The notes under the pieces: generated by a model
The model's input: only the letters and a program-made list of their open reading frames with translations
Told to the model about the DNA's origin: nothing
Database searches by the model: none
Part shown: one piece after another, positions 8,020 through 16,733 of the stretch
Numbering within the stretch: the stretch's first letter is position 1
Layout: each line of letters opens with the position of its first letter
DNA from: a virus
UHGV virus genome: UHGV-0317890
DNA: 42,560 nucleotides
Reading direction: 5' to 3' (one strand)
Made by a program: the position numbers and the translations under genes

Positions 8020-9424
8020 CGCGATTGCACTGTACAGCGTTGACGCAGAACAGGCTGTTCTGGGCTGTCTGATGCTGAATACCGACCACGACAGAACCAA
8101 TGCGGTATTTGCGTTACTGAAACCGGAAACGTTTTATATCAATGCGCATCAGGTTATCTACCGGGAGATCAAAGGATTATTTCAAGCTGATAAACCAACT
8201 GACCTGATAACACTGACCGAACTGATGGAATCGAAGGGGCTGTATGAGCGCGTGGGGGGATTCGCATACCTGGCTGAAATGAGTAAGGCGGCGATTCCGG
8301 CCTCAATGGTCAACTACGCGAAAATTGTACGTGAAAAAGCCATTCTTCGTTATGCCGTGGAAAAGTTGAATTCTTGTCTGGAGATTATGATCCAGCCTGC
8401 AGATATGACTGCTACTGACAGGATCACCGCCGTTCAGCAAGTGATTGGGCAGGTGGCCGAACATTCCCGTACCGGGCATAAGGGCGGTTTGCGTCCGGCA
8501 AGTGAAGTCGTCGATGACTGGATAGATGACCTTGAGCGCCGTTTCAATGATCCAGCACATGCAGCCGGACTAACGCTCGGAATCGAAAGCCTTGATCGCT
8601 TAATGGCACCAAAGCAGGCGTTAAGAGGTTCATTGGTCGTTATTGGTGCCCGGCCAAAAATGGGCAAGACAGCCGCGTTTAATAAAATTGCGGTGCATTT
8701 TGCTCTGAATCATCGTTTGCCGACGCTGGTATTTAGCCTGGAAATGACTGACAGAAGTCTCATTGAACGCATGGTTGCGCAGGAAGCAAAGGTCAATTCG
8801 GAGATTTTTTATCTTGGCCCTAACGATGAATCTGAATTGAGTCTCGCAATAGCAAAGGCGGGGGAGATTGCCGAATCCAACATGATGATTGACAGCACGG
8901 CAGGTGTAACCCTTGCGCATATTGTCGCTGAATGTCGAAAAGTTAAACGGATGCGTGGCTCGGTTGGCCTGGTGGCAATTGACTATTTGACGCTGATGAA
9001 GACCGAATCGGCAGAGCGTAGGGATATTGCGTATGGCGATATCACAACCGGTTTGAAGAACCTGGCAAAAGAGCTGGATTGTGTTGTGGTCCTGCTGACG
9101 CAACTCAACCGAAAGCTTGAAGAACGTGCCGATAAGCGGCCTAACCCGAGCGACAGTAAAGATACCGGGCAGATCGAACAAGATTGCGATGTCTGGATTG
9201 GCCTCTATCGTGATGCTGTTTATAACGAAAATGCCGACCCAAATCTCATGGAAATGTTGCTACGTCTGAACCGCGAAGGACCATCGGGAACAGCCTATGC
9301 CCTGATGAAAAATGGCTCAGTTATTGATATCAGCGATGAGGAGGTTTATCGCCTTACCAACGACCGCTCAGAAAAAAATAAACGTTATTCCCGTAGCGAT
9401 AATTCTCGCACAAATGAATTTTAA
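8009..9424 (+). CDS. DnaB-family replicative DNA helicase (P22 gp12-like)
   Basis: Start set to ATG at ~8009 (MINNAIALYSVDAEQAVLGCLML..., typical DnaB N-terminus); Walker A-like GARPKMGKTA; ~470 aa. Confidence 0.85.
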   Translation: MINNAIALYSVDAEQAVLGCLMLNTDHDRTNAVFALLKPETFYINAHQVIYREIKGLFQADKPTDLITLTELMESKGLYERVGGFAYLAEMSKAAIPASMVNYAKIVREKAILRYAVEKLNSCLEIMIQPADMTATDRITAVQQVIGQVAEHSRTGHKGGLRPASEVVDDWIDDLERRFNDPAHAAGLTLGIESLDRLMAPKQALRGSLVVIGARPKMGKTAAFNKIAVHFALNHRLPTLVFSLEMTDRSLIERMVAQEAKVNSEIFYLGPNDESELSLAIAKAGEIAESNMMIDSTAGVTLAHIVAECRKVKRMRGSVGLVAIDYLTLMKTESAERRDIAYGDITTGLKNLAKELDCVVVLLTQLNRKLEERADKRPNPSDSKDTGQIEQDCDVWIGLYRDAVYNENADPNLMEMLLRLNREGPSGTAYALMKNGSVIDISDEEVYRLTNDRSEKNKRYSRSDNSRTNEF

Positions 9425-9462
9425 CCACGCCTGACCAGCGTGAAATAACCGAGGAAAGACCA

Positions 9463-9873
9463 ATGACCACCACTCCAGGCAAATTAGAGTACCCGTCGGA
9501 CAAAGGACACATAGACGACGGTAAAAACTATCTCGACGTCATTTTGTGGAATATGAACGTCGGGCCACGTGCGCGCACTCGCGCGGTTTTTGTGCCAAGA
9601 CCTAAAGCAGGCAATTTTTCAACCCCTGCTAAGCCTGCCCGTCAGGCATCCGTAGCCGCAGCGCCAGCAGTGAAACGTAAGGGCAAAACGCACACCGGGA
9701 TCGCGATTCGCAGAAATGGTGAGCGGCAAGTGAAACTCCACGAAACAGCGACAACCTGGTGTGCCTCACCGCATGAAACTTACGACAAGATAACCGGGCA
9801 GCGCATTGGCGCGCCTGGTCGCTGCCGCCTGCTGCTGAGTTCCATCACTCCGATAGCAAAGAAAGGGGCGTGA
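9463..9873 (+). CDS. Hypothetical protein
   Basis: 136-aa ORF preceded by CGCCTGACCAGCGT...GAGGAAAGACC-A-ATG module. Confidence 0.5.
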   Translation: MTTTPGKLEYPSDKGHIDDGKNYLDVILWNMNVGPRARTRAVFVPRPKAGNFSTPAKPARQASVAAAPAVKRKGKTHTGIAIRRNGERQVKLHETATTWCASPHETYDKITGQRIGAPGRCRLLLSSITPIAKKGA

Positions 9874-9874
9874 T

Positions 9875-10111
9875 ATGGCCGGGCAATCAGATTACCTGCC
9901 GCCCGGCTTACCACACAACCGCGCCAAATGGCCCCAGGAATACCAGCTTAAAGAGCACTACGACATGCGAGCGGCGGCGCTGATCCGCCAACTCTTTGAG
10001 AAACGTATTCCGAGGGGAAGCGTGATTGAGCAAATCGGAATGACGCCAGATACGTACCGGGAATTTTTCAGAGAGCGTCTGAACTACTGGAGAGGGGTGA
10101 TGGAACAATGA
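9875..10111 (+). CDS. Hypothetical protein
   Basis: 78-aa ORF with RBS AAAGGGG; abuts upstream gene. Confidence 0.45.
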   Translation: MAGQSDYLPPGLPHNRAKWPQEYQLKEHYDMRAAALIRQLFEKRIPRGSVIEQIGMTPDTYREFFRERLNYWRGVMEQ

Positions 10112-10419
10112 AATACAAACGGTGGGTGCGTGCGGAAGTCGTAATCATCAAACAATGTGCGGGCAGCATGACAGTTGAACGTATAGGGCAGCTTATTGGC
10201 AGAACCGGTGCAGCGGTACGCACAAAAGCGCGCGAGCTGAAAATCTGTATGTATCTGCGGGGTAATTATCACCAGTCAGTGAAATACCTCCAGGAAGATA
10301 TCGAGCTGGCAAGGGAATTACATCAGTCGGGTATTAATCGCCAGGATATCGCAGAAAAACTCGAAATGCCGATCGGAGCGGTGAATCAGTTTGTTTATTT
10401 TGAGCGGAGAATTTCATGA
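10108..10419 (+). CDS. Hypothetical protein, possible DNA-binding (two HTH-like segments)
   Basis: 103 aa; ATGA overlap with upstream gene; segments ERIGQLIGRTGAAVRTKAREL and RQDIAEKLEMPIGAVNQFV look like helix-turn-helix. Confidence 0.45.
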   Translation: MKYKRWVRAEVVIIKQCAGSMTVERIGQLIGRTGAAVRTKARELKICMYLRGNYHQSVKYLQEDIELARELHQSGINRQDIAEKLEMPIGAVNQFVYFERRIS

Positions 10420-10640
10420 AAGAACTTTTTCTTGCATTTGTGCCCCGGTTTATTAATGACCAGATCGCACTGACTGATAATGGTGAACAATATGAAATTG
10501 CCTGCAGCATGGTGGATGTGAATCCTGGCGAACGGTATGACGCGATGTGTGACCTGAAAATATTTACCTGGCTGGGTTGGGCTATTCCGTGTGGAGAACC
10601 AACCAATATTCGTCCGTTTGAGAGCAGGGAGGCTGTATGA
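10416..10640 (+). CDS. Hypothetical protein
   Basis: 74-aa ORF, ATGA overlap with upstream gene. Confidence 0.45.
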   Translation: MKELFLAFVPRFINDQIALTDNGEQYEIACSMVDVNPGERYDAMCDLKIFTWLGWAIPCGEPTNIRPFESREAV

Positions 10641-10749
10641 GTGAATTGAAAATACGTCGCAAGGCAATAGCACGCGTTAAAAATCTATTACCAGTGCCTG
10701 TCAAATATCGTTTTTGTGGTGGGAATGTACGGATTGGTACGGATGTATG
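10636..10749 (+). CDS. Small ORF (37 aa), unannotated in track
   Basis: ATG overlaps the upstream stop (ATGA), the same coupling used by the two preceding genes; MSELKIRRKAIARVKNLLPVPVKYRFCGGNVRIGTDVW. Confidence 0.3.
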
Positions 10750-10827
10750 GTGATTGCGGAGTGACGTAAAACGAATCGTTGTGGGTGTAATATCGTCAAT
10801 ATCATTGGTTTCCCGGAGGGAAAGGAC

Positions 10828-11049
10828 ATGTTTGGCGATAAACTGGAGTTACCACGGAACGGGCGGATAGTGCTCTATATTTCAGATTACAAAGTAACCC
10901 GGGCTGAGGTGTTGGAACCGGAAAAACATCTGGTCACGTTACCGGACATTATTGAGTTGTATAAGCGGGTCGGATATGTGGACTTGCATCGCGATGATGT
11001 TCCCGTTGAGTGTATGGAATGTGAACACCGGAGGTTTGAAGTTGATTGA
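10828..11049 (+). CDS. Hypothetical protein
   Basis: 73-aa ORF with RBS GGAGGGAAAGG. Confidence 0.45.
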   Translation: MFGDKLELPRNGRIVLYISDYKVTRAEVLEPEKHLVTLPDIIELYKRVGYVDLHRDDVPVECMECEHRRFEVD

Positions 11050-11050
11050 A

Positions 11051-11079
11051 TTGACTTAGAAAAAGTCCGGGGCTATAGT
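11051..11079 (+). promoter_or_regulatory. Sigma-70 promoter (TTGACT-N17-TATAGT)
   Basis: Near-consensus -35 and -10 hexamers with 17-bp spacer, read directly from sequence, immediately after the stop of the upstream gene. Confidence 0.6.
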
Positions 11080-11139
11080 TTCCGCGCAGCCGCAAAATCG
11101 GTTGCCGGGATTGGCGTCCCGGATATCTAAGTGACGCAT

Positions 11140-11160
11140 AGCCGCGTTAGCGGTTTTTTT
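11140..11160 (+). terminator. Intrinsic terminator-like hairpin plus T7 run, ~75 nt downstream of the 11051 promoter
   Basis: AGCCGCG-TTA-GCGG stem-loop followed by TTTTTTT; preceded by a second stem-loop CCGGGA-TTGGCG-TCCCGG at ~11105-11122. Confidence 0.45.
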
Positions 11161-11291
11161 ATGTGTTAGGCACGGCCACATTCGCATTATGGTGGGCTGT
11201 GTGGGGGCTTCTGTGGAAGCGCCGGGTTCACTTAGCCGGTTACGCCAACCCTGCACAGCTCACCACCAGATGATTGGCGTCGCTGGTGGTG

Positions 11292-12110
11292 ATGAAAAAA
11301 ACACTAAGTGAGGCCACTGCGATGACAGTCCAAATATCTGCGGAATCCCTTTCTCCGCTACATCATAACCAACTTCCCGTCATCACTACTGAATTGCTTG
11401 CCAGTTTGTATGGCACGGAAGTAAATGGTATCCAGCAAAACTTCAAGCGCAACATCGCCAGATTTGTCGTAGGAAAGCATTTTTTTAAGCTGGAAGGTAA
11501 TGAATTACGCGACTTCAAAAACAGACTGACAGATAGTCAGTCAGTTGCTAAACATACCCGATCCCTCATTCTCTGGACAGAACGCGGCGCAGCTCGCCAT
11601 GCCAAAATGCTGGAAACAGAACAGGCCTGGGAAGTTTTCGAAAAGCTGGAAGATTGTTATTTTAGCCAGCGTCCAGAGAGGCGGAGTACAACTACCGATG
11701 ACCGTACTCCCTTGCGTGATGCCGTTAATATACTGGTCGGCAAGAAAGGCATGATGTATCCCGATGCCTACACCATGATTCATCAACGCTTCGCCGTCTC
11801 TCACATAGAACAACTGTCACAGACGCAAATGTTAGAGGCGATTGAATACATCCACTGCCTGCTACTCGATGAAAATCACCCAACCATTCCAGATTTTTCT
11901 TTTATCACCACTATCAAAAATGGAAAAGTGACCGGGATGCGCCATGTTGCCAAAGGCGAACATCTGATGACCTTTGACGCTTTCAAAGAGATCGCTGAGC
12001 GGGCAGGGTATCTGGTGATCCACAGCGACAATCTGCGAAGTATGACACTGGATAAATTGATGGTAATGGGGAAAAAGTCGGCTATATCCGTTGCTAATTC
12101 AGCATTTTGA
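11292..12110 (+). CDS. ant: Phage antirepressor (ORF6N/KilA-N-type N-terminal domain)
   Basis: ~270 aa; N-terminal LPVITTELLASLYGTEVNGIQQNFKRNIARFVVGKHFFKLEGNELRDFK matches the ORF6N antirepressor domain pattern; start uncertain (11292 or 11322). Confidence 0.65.
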   Translation: MKKTLSEATAMTVQISAESLSPLHHNQLPVITTELLASLYGTEVNGIQQNFKRNIARFVVGKHFFKLEGNELRDFKNRLTDSQSVAKHTRSLILWTERGAARHAKMLETEQAWEVFEKLEDCYFSQRPERRSTTTDDRTPLRDAVNILVGKKGMMYPDAYTMIHQRFAVSHIEQLSQTQMLEAIEYIHCLLLDENHPTIPDFSFITTIKNGKVTGMRHVAKGEHLMTFDAFKEIAERAGYLVIHSDNLRSMTLDKLMVMGKKSAISVANSAF

Positions 12111-12138
12111 CAGGTTGTTTGGGGCGGAAATACTCTAT

Positions 12139-12206
12139 TTGCGCTTAAAAAGGTATTTGACCACGACCAGCACGAGACCGAATACCTCTGTCAAAGTACC
12201 GCCCAT
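12139..12206 (-). pseudogene. Remnant 3' end of a membrane-protein gene (diverged copy of the end of the 15558-16163 gene)
   Basis: 68 bp, ~94% identical to 15562-15629; minus-strand translation YMGGTLTEVFGLVLVVVKYLFKRK-stop, with an in-frame stop just upstream, so only the last ~25 codons remain. Confidence 0.7.
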
Positions 12207-12246
12207 ATAAAACAGTTACATATGCACTTGATGACTAAGCTGGCAC

Positions 12247-12278
12247 CAGGTTAACACCTGGCGCCAGCTTGAAGGAGA
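12247..12278. terminator. GC-rich hairpin (13-bp stem with one mismatch) downstream of the lipoprotein gene
   Basis: AGCTGGC-A-CCAGGT-TAAC-ACCTGG-C-GCCAGCT; no U-tract, so terminator function is uncertain. Confidence 0.3.
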
Positions 12279-12284
12279 CTTCAG

Positions 12285-13208
12285 TTATTGGTTTCTGAGG
12301 AAAGCGATTCTTGAAAGGGTCATTTGCGTCTGGCAGTCGACCATTTTCTTGACTTCAGCATCTGTTCCCTGCATTGAAACTTTACCGCACATAGCATCCT
12401 TAGTTTTGATCCACTGACGCTGAGAAGGCAGCAAATCTTTTTTCTTCGCCGGGGTTAACTTGCTCCAGACGGTACTCAAATCAGAGTCGGCATTCGCAAA
12501 TGCCATTCGGGACTGATCAAGGTTGTCAGCTTTTTGCGGCTGAAGTTGTGCCTGTCTCTCTATTTGCTTCTCCGCCTCATACTTAGCCTGTTCTTGCGCC
12601 CTGAGTTGCACCTGTTGTTCCGCTTCAATTTGACTCTGTTGGGCATCCTTAGCCTGCTGGATTTTCTGCTGCTCAACGATCGGGGTGATAATGGAAAGCG
12701 ATGTCAGTAAAGCGGCGCCCACTGATATCGGATTATCAGTAGAGGTTTTTACAAAAACGTTTTTCTGATCGTCGGTCGCCTGCACGGTGTAGGTGATACG
12801 TTTTGAAAAGGCGTTTGCGTTGTTCTCCAAAAACAGGCTTTCCATTTGCTTATCGAGATTACGATTAAAATTCTTTCTGTAAGCATCTGAAAGCTGGACG
12901 TACTCGTTCGCAGATAGAGTCATCGTCACGGTCCCTTCACAAGTTTTCATTGTGCTGCCCGTGTCACTTGATGTTGTGGAGATCTCAGAGATGGCTAGTT
13001 TGATCTTGTCCAGTGTGCTTCGTTTGGTCTGATTAGTGACATCAGGGTATTTATCGACCTGTTCAGAGAGTCCTTCATAAGCAGATTTTTTTAATAAATC
13101 CATGAGAGCTGACTGGGTTATTTCCGAAGAACAACCGATCTCATCTTTTTTGTTATCACAGCCTGTAAGGGCAATGGCGAGTAAGAGTACTGAGTATTTT
13201 AATCTCAT
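12285..13208 (-). CDS. Lipoprotein with Gln-rich coiled-coil linker and C-terminal DUF1311 (LprI-like) domain
   Basis: 307 aa; signal peptide plus lipobox LLLAIALTGC; Q/A/E-rich repeat region; C-terminal ...QRQWIKTKDAMCG...C-containing domain as in DUF1311 proteins. Confidence 0.6.
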   Translation of the reverse strand: MRLKYSVLLLAIALTGCDNKKDEIGCSSEITQSALMDLLKKSAYEGLSEQVDKYPDVTNQTKRSTLDKIKLAISEISTTSSDTGSTMKTCEGTVTMTLSANEYVQLSDAYRKNFNRNLDKQMESLFLENNANAFSKRITYTVQATDDQKNVFVKTSTDNPISVGAALLTSLSIITPIVEQQKIQQAKDAQQSQIEAEQQVQLRAQEQAKYEAEKQIERQAQLQPQKADNLDQSRMAFANADSDLSTVWSKLTPAKKKDLLPSQRQWIKTKDAMCGKVSMQGTDAEVKKMVDCQTQMTLSRIAFLRNQ

Positions 13209-14396
13209 GAATTCCCTTTAGAGTAAGGATTGGTTTTTAAGACGCGGTCTGTAATCAGTCCCGAGAGCTACAGTAAACAACGCTGAGCACTGAACGCATC
13301 ACAGGTAAGGTAAAAGGTGATATCGGCAAAGGCTGTGAAACCTTTAATTCAACAGATGGGAACGGTATGCGCAGGATCCTGTAACGACGCTCCCAAAACC
13401 GGAAACCTGTAAGGCATGTTTTCGCTGCTGAACTTAATATACGAACCTGCACTATCATGAACATATTTTATATCGTTATACCCCGAGTGATTGTGCCCGG
13501 CAATGGATAGTGTCCTGGAGGAACTATTTCTACTGTAAAAGGTAGATATTTAATTTCAGTTTTGAATTATTCCCTGCTGTTAATAACAATGGCTGTATAT
13601 GGCACCGAGTAGGCATTTTTTCGCTTACTGAAGGGCAGCTGTGAGCGAGGAACAGACTTTCCCTACTTCGTTGAGAGTACACCTAGTACAATCAAGGCTA
13701 AATGATAAAAATATACAAAATATCATATTTATGATATATATAATGGCATTAATCTTATTCTTGGATTACGTTGAAAGGGTAATATTATATTTGTGTAACA
13801 TAGTTTAGATAACAATGCCGTTATGGGGGGGGGAAAGACATTTCAACATATTAGCTTTGTATCTAACGCTCATGTAGATCTCGATTTTGAACTTAAAGAA
13901 CAATTATTTTTTAGAGAGCAAGGTATTTTTGGGGAACAAAAACATAAAGTAATGGAGAGAGGAGAATGTATCAAAAAATCATCGATTTAATTTAGATTGT
14001 CCGTATAGTTGGGGGTAAGTCGAATCGCTGGGCTACATGGAATATTGTGTCAAGTAAAAATATATTTCAATCTTGCAATAACCGATTGTTGAAAATAATG
14101 TCAAATCTTAATGGTGAATGGGGAGAATATAATAAACATGAGTCGATATTATGCAAATGGATTTAAATATTTTATACCCGAAGACATAGGGTTTCGAGAG
14201 TTCGATGAGACTACTTTGAATGCTTTCGAATTTGCTGGCTAAAACATATAGGTTATATCTTACATCTGTTTGTAATGGAGCGTAGATGCGACAAGCTACA
14301 CCATAATAATCATATTATGATATATTGTTAAGTTGTTATGGCATTAAATAAAATTATGTCATTTTGTTAACCAAGCAAGAATCAAAGGACTTTTAG

Positions 14397-15095
14397 ATGG
14401 GTACGGCATTAATTTCAAGCTTTATTAGTGGTGCAATAGCTATAATCTCTATTGCTATATCTACTTATAATCAGAATAGAATAAACAAGCTCAATGAATC
14501 ACTGGATGTAAGGAGAAAACATCAGTACTATATTGAACCGTTAATTCGCTCAGCTTCAGACTTACAAAGCCGTATTTATAATATATTAGAATTGGGGTTC
14601 ATTGAAGAGTTTTATCATAATGGGAATAAGCGCCAACAAGATTATGTTATCAACAATACTGTTTTTCTTTTTTCCCAGTTTTTTGCATGGACAGAAGCTG
14701 CCCGCATAGACATTCAATACCTTAGCCTAGAAAAAAATAAAAAAATGAGGGAGTTTATTAGATTACAGAACAATATTAACTCATTAATCCAAACAGACGT
14801 CTTTGGTCAGTATTTTATGTTTTTCATAGGAGAGCAGAGAGCTATTGCAGAAAAGATGCTGATATCAACAGATACTGGATTTGATTGCATAGGTTACGGC
14901 AGTTTCACAAAGGAAAATTGCTTTATCAATGAGCCATTTTTTTTAGATTTAAACAATGAAGTGATAAATATGACAAGAGATATCGGAATTTATAAAGAAA
15001 GGCTAATCAGAATACAGCACGCGTTAATCGATTTAATTAATTTTCTTGATCCTGGCATGATTCGATTTGACGGAAAAAAATATGGAAAAATATAA
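14397..15095 (+). CDS. AT-rich orphan protein with N-terminal transmembrane anchor
   Basis: 232-aa ORF in a low-GC island; N-terminal hydrophobic helix ALISSFISGAIAIISIAISTY; no recognisable catalytic motif. Confidence 0.55.
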   Translation: MGTALISSFISGAIAIISIAISTYNQNRINKLNESLDVRRKHQYYIEPLIRSASDLQSRIYNILELGFIEEFYHNGNKRQQDYVINNTVFLFSQFFAWTEAARIDIQYLSLEKNKKMREFIRLQNNINSLIQTDVFGQYFMFFIGEQRAIAEKMLISTDTGFDCIGYGSFTKENCFINEPFFLDLNNEVINMTRDIGIYKERLIRIQHALIDLINFLDPGMIRFDGKKYGKI

Positions 15096-15287
15096 CCCAG
15101 ATGATTCGTATCAAGGTAAGTTGCTATATGTATCAATTTAATTATGGTTGGGTGAAATTTATGTTAATAGTAGCGGAGGGTTAGTTAAAATATGCTCTCA
15201 GTGATTTTTGGATAGTTCTTTTATTTATCATTGAAAGTAAATATGTATAGCTTCAAGATTTACAAGTGAATCTGTTTATTGACAGTC

Positions 15288-15318
15288 CGCTTATGGCACA
15301 GAGCGGACTGTCATATTA
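15288..15318 (+). terminator. Hairpin (11-bp perfect stem) downstream of the AT-rich gene
   Basis: GACAGTCCGC...GCGGACTGTC with 12-nt loop, followed by an AT-rich tract. Confidence 0.4.
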
Positions 15319-15510
15319 AATTTGGCTCCACGCCATAGATGTGTCAGCTCATATCTTATCTAATACACACAATAACTTTCTCATTCTTGGAGAATTATTT
15401 TTTTAAGGGTAGGTGTTGACGTTAGAGCAAAAGAATGGTGATTTTTTTGATGTGTATTACGTTGGAACTGATGGGAATAACTATCTGTTTTCAACGCACT
15501 GCTAATTTAT

Positions 15511-15532
15511 CAAGGCCCTTTGATCAGGGCCT
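15511..15532 (-). terminator. Hairpin downstream of the membrane-protein gene (minus strand)
   Basis: AAGGCCCT-TTGATC-AGGGCCTT perfect 8-bp stem; weak U-tract. Confidence 0.3.
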
Positions 15533-15557
15533 TCGAAAGACTGTTGGACCGAGAGAG

Positions 15558-16163
15558 TTACTTGCGTTTAAAAAGGTATTTTGTCACGACCAGCACGAGG
15601 CCGAATACCTCTGTCAAAGTACCGCCCATGTACAACTGTAGTGTTAAATCCTCAAATTCCAGCTTACCTGCGCCGTCGGCAATAAATACACCATTCATTA
15701 TCAGAAGTTGGAAAGCAAGGATAATCAGGAACCATTTCCCGTATCGTTTTTTTAGAGCGATTTCTGCTTCAAAATCTTTGTTGTTGAGTTGTTTGCGCTC
15801 ATGCTCGGTATCAAGTGAATTCACCTGTTTCACAGATGTGAACTCGGTCAAGATTTTACTCTCAGTACGGGTGACTTGTTGAGAGGGTGTAGCAGTTGGA
15901 ATTCTTTTGCTAGACGCAGCTACAGCCATTTTGCGAGCTTCGGCAGCTCTTTTTCTGGCTATTCCGCGAATACGGACAGCCGTTTTTTTGGGGGCGTGCG
16001 AAACCTTTGGCTGAGGTGAAGCTTCGTCAGGAGACTGAACCGGAGTTTCATCGTCCTCCGGCTCAACCTCTTCTGCTAACTGACGGTGTAGGTTGAGGGA
16101 ATCCTTCAGTCTGCGTGCTACTTCCTGTTTGAAACGGCTGTTAAAATCGTCATCCGATGGCAT
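15558..16163 (-). CDS. Membrane protein with basic N-terminal region and two C-terminal transmembrane helices (partner of ImmA-like peptidase)
   Basis: 201 aa; C-terminal KWFLIILAFQLLIMNGVFIADGAG and LTEVFGLVLVVTKYLF hydrophobic segments; starts 10 nt after the stop of the peptidase gene; last 68 bp duplicated at 12139-12206. Confidence 0.6.
   Translation of the reverse strand: MPSDDDFNSRFKQEVARRLKDSLNLHRQLAEEVEPEDDETPVQSPDEASPQPKVSHAPKKTAVRIRGIARKRAAEARKMAVAASSKRIPTATPSQQVTRTESKILTEFTSVKQVNSLDTEHERKQLNNKDFEAEIALKKRYGKWFLIILAFQLLIMNGVFIADGAGKLEFEDLTLQLYMGGTLTEVFGLVLVVTKYLFKRK
15562..15629. repeat. Direct repeat copy B (3' end of the membrane-protein gene), paired with 12139-12206
   Basis: TTGCG(T/C)TTAAAAAGGTATTT(T/G)(G/A)(T/C)CACGACCAGCACGAG(G/A)CCGAATACCTCTGTCAAAGTACCGCCCAT shared by both copies. 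Confidence 0.8.
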
Positions 16164-16172
16164 TTTAAAGCG

Positions 16173-16661
16173 TTACCCCAACCTCAAGTTCTTTAAACGA
16201 TAAGTCATCGCATCGTCAGATACGCCAAAATAATGCGCCATTATATAACTTGGTTGACCGTCAGCGTGCAGTTTTCTGACCTCATCTACCGGCATCAGAA
16301 GTTCTGCTGCGAACTTGTTTGCAAAAATTTCATCAGGATGCGTTCCGGCGCTTGCGGTTTCGCCACGTAAATCAACGTACTCATATTCATCGCTATGCGA
16401 TGCTTGCCGGGCGATGTAATGCCCCAACTCATGCCCACATGAAAAACGTTGACGAACTTTGTTGTCATCACTGTTTAGAAAGATCGCTGGATCTTGATCT
16501 TTTTGTTTAATCAGTGCGCCAGAAACTTTCCCAGGAAGATCGGTAATAAAAACATCTAATCCCATGTCGTGAGCAATTTTCGCTGGATCAACAGGGAAAC
16601 CACGCCCGCACCAGAACGTGTCCAGCACTCGCCGGGCGTGCTCTCTTGGGTTGGTAGCCAT
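16173..16661 (-). CDS. ImmA/IrrE-family zinc metallopeptidase (DUF955-like)
   Basis: 162 aa; HExxH motif in the characteristic context FSCGHELGHYI; strong SD GGAGGA; no HTH domain in this protein. Confidence 0.7.
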   Translation of the reverse strand: MATNPREHARRVLDTFWCGRGFPVDPAKIAHDMGLDVFITDLPGKVSGALIKQKDQDPAIFLNSDDNKVRQRFSCGHELGHYIARQASHSDEYEYVDLRGETASAGTHPDEIFANKFAAELLMPVDEVRKLHADGQPSYIMAHYFGVSDDAMTYRLKNLRLG

Positions 16662-16733
16662 AGCTCCTCCAGTTACTGCATTACGATTATTGGTTGAAAT
16701 ATAGACAGCATGTTCCGTACCACATTCCTGTAA

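Larger units (their letters stand above)
12207..15561. mobile_element. Cargo insertion between the direct repeats (lipoprotein gene plus AT-rich orphan gene)
   Basis: Segment bounded by the 68-bp direct repeat copies; interior is strongly AT-rich from ~13.2 to 15.5 kb, unlike the rest of the prophage. Confidence 0.55.

Noticed and set aside
8303-9181. Minus-strand ORFs 8303-8560, 8434-8667 and 8630-9181 inside the helicase gene
   Set aside because: Antisense to a strongly supported DnaB-family helicase; no independent support.
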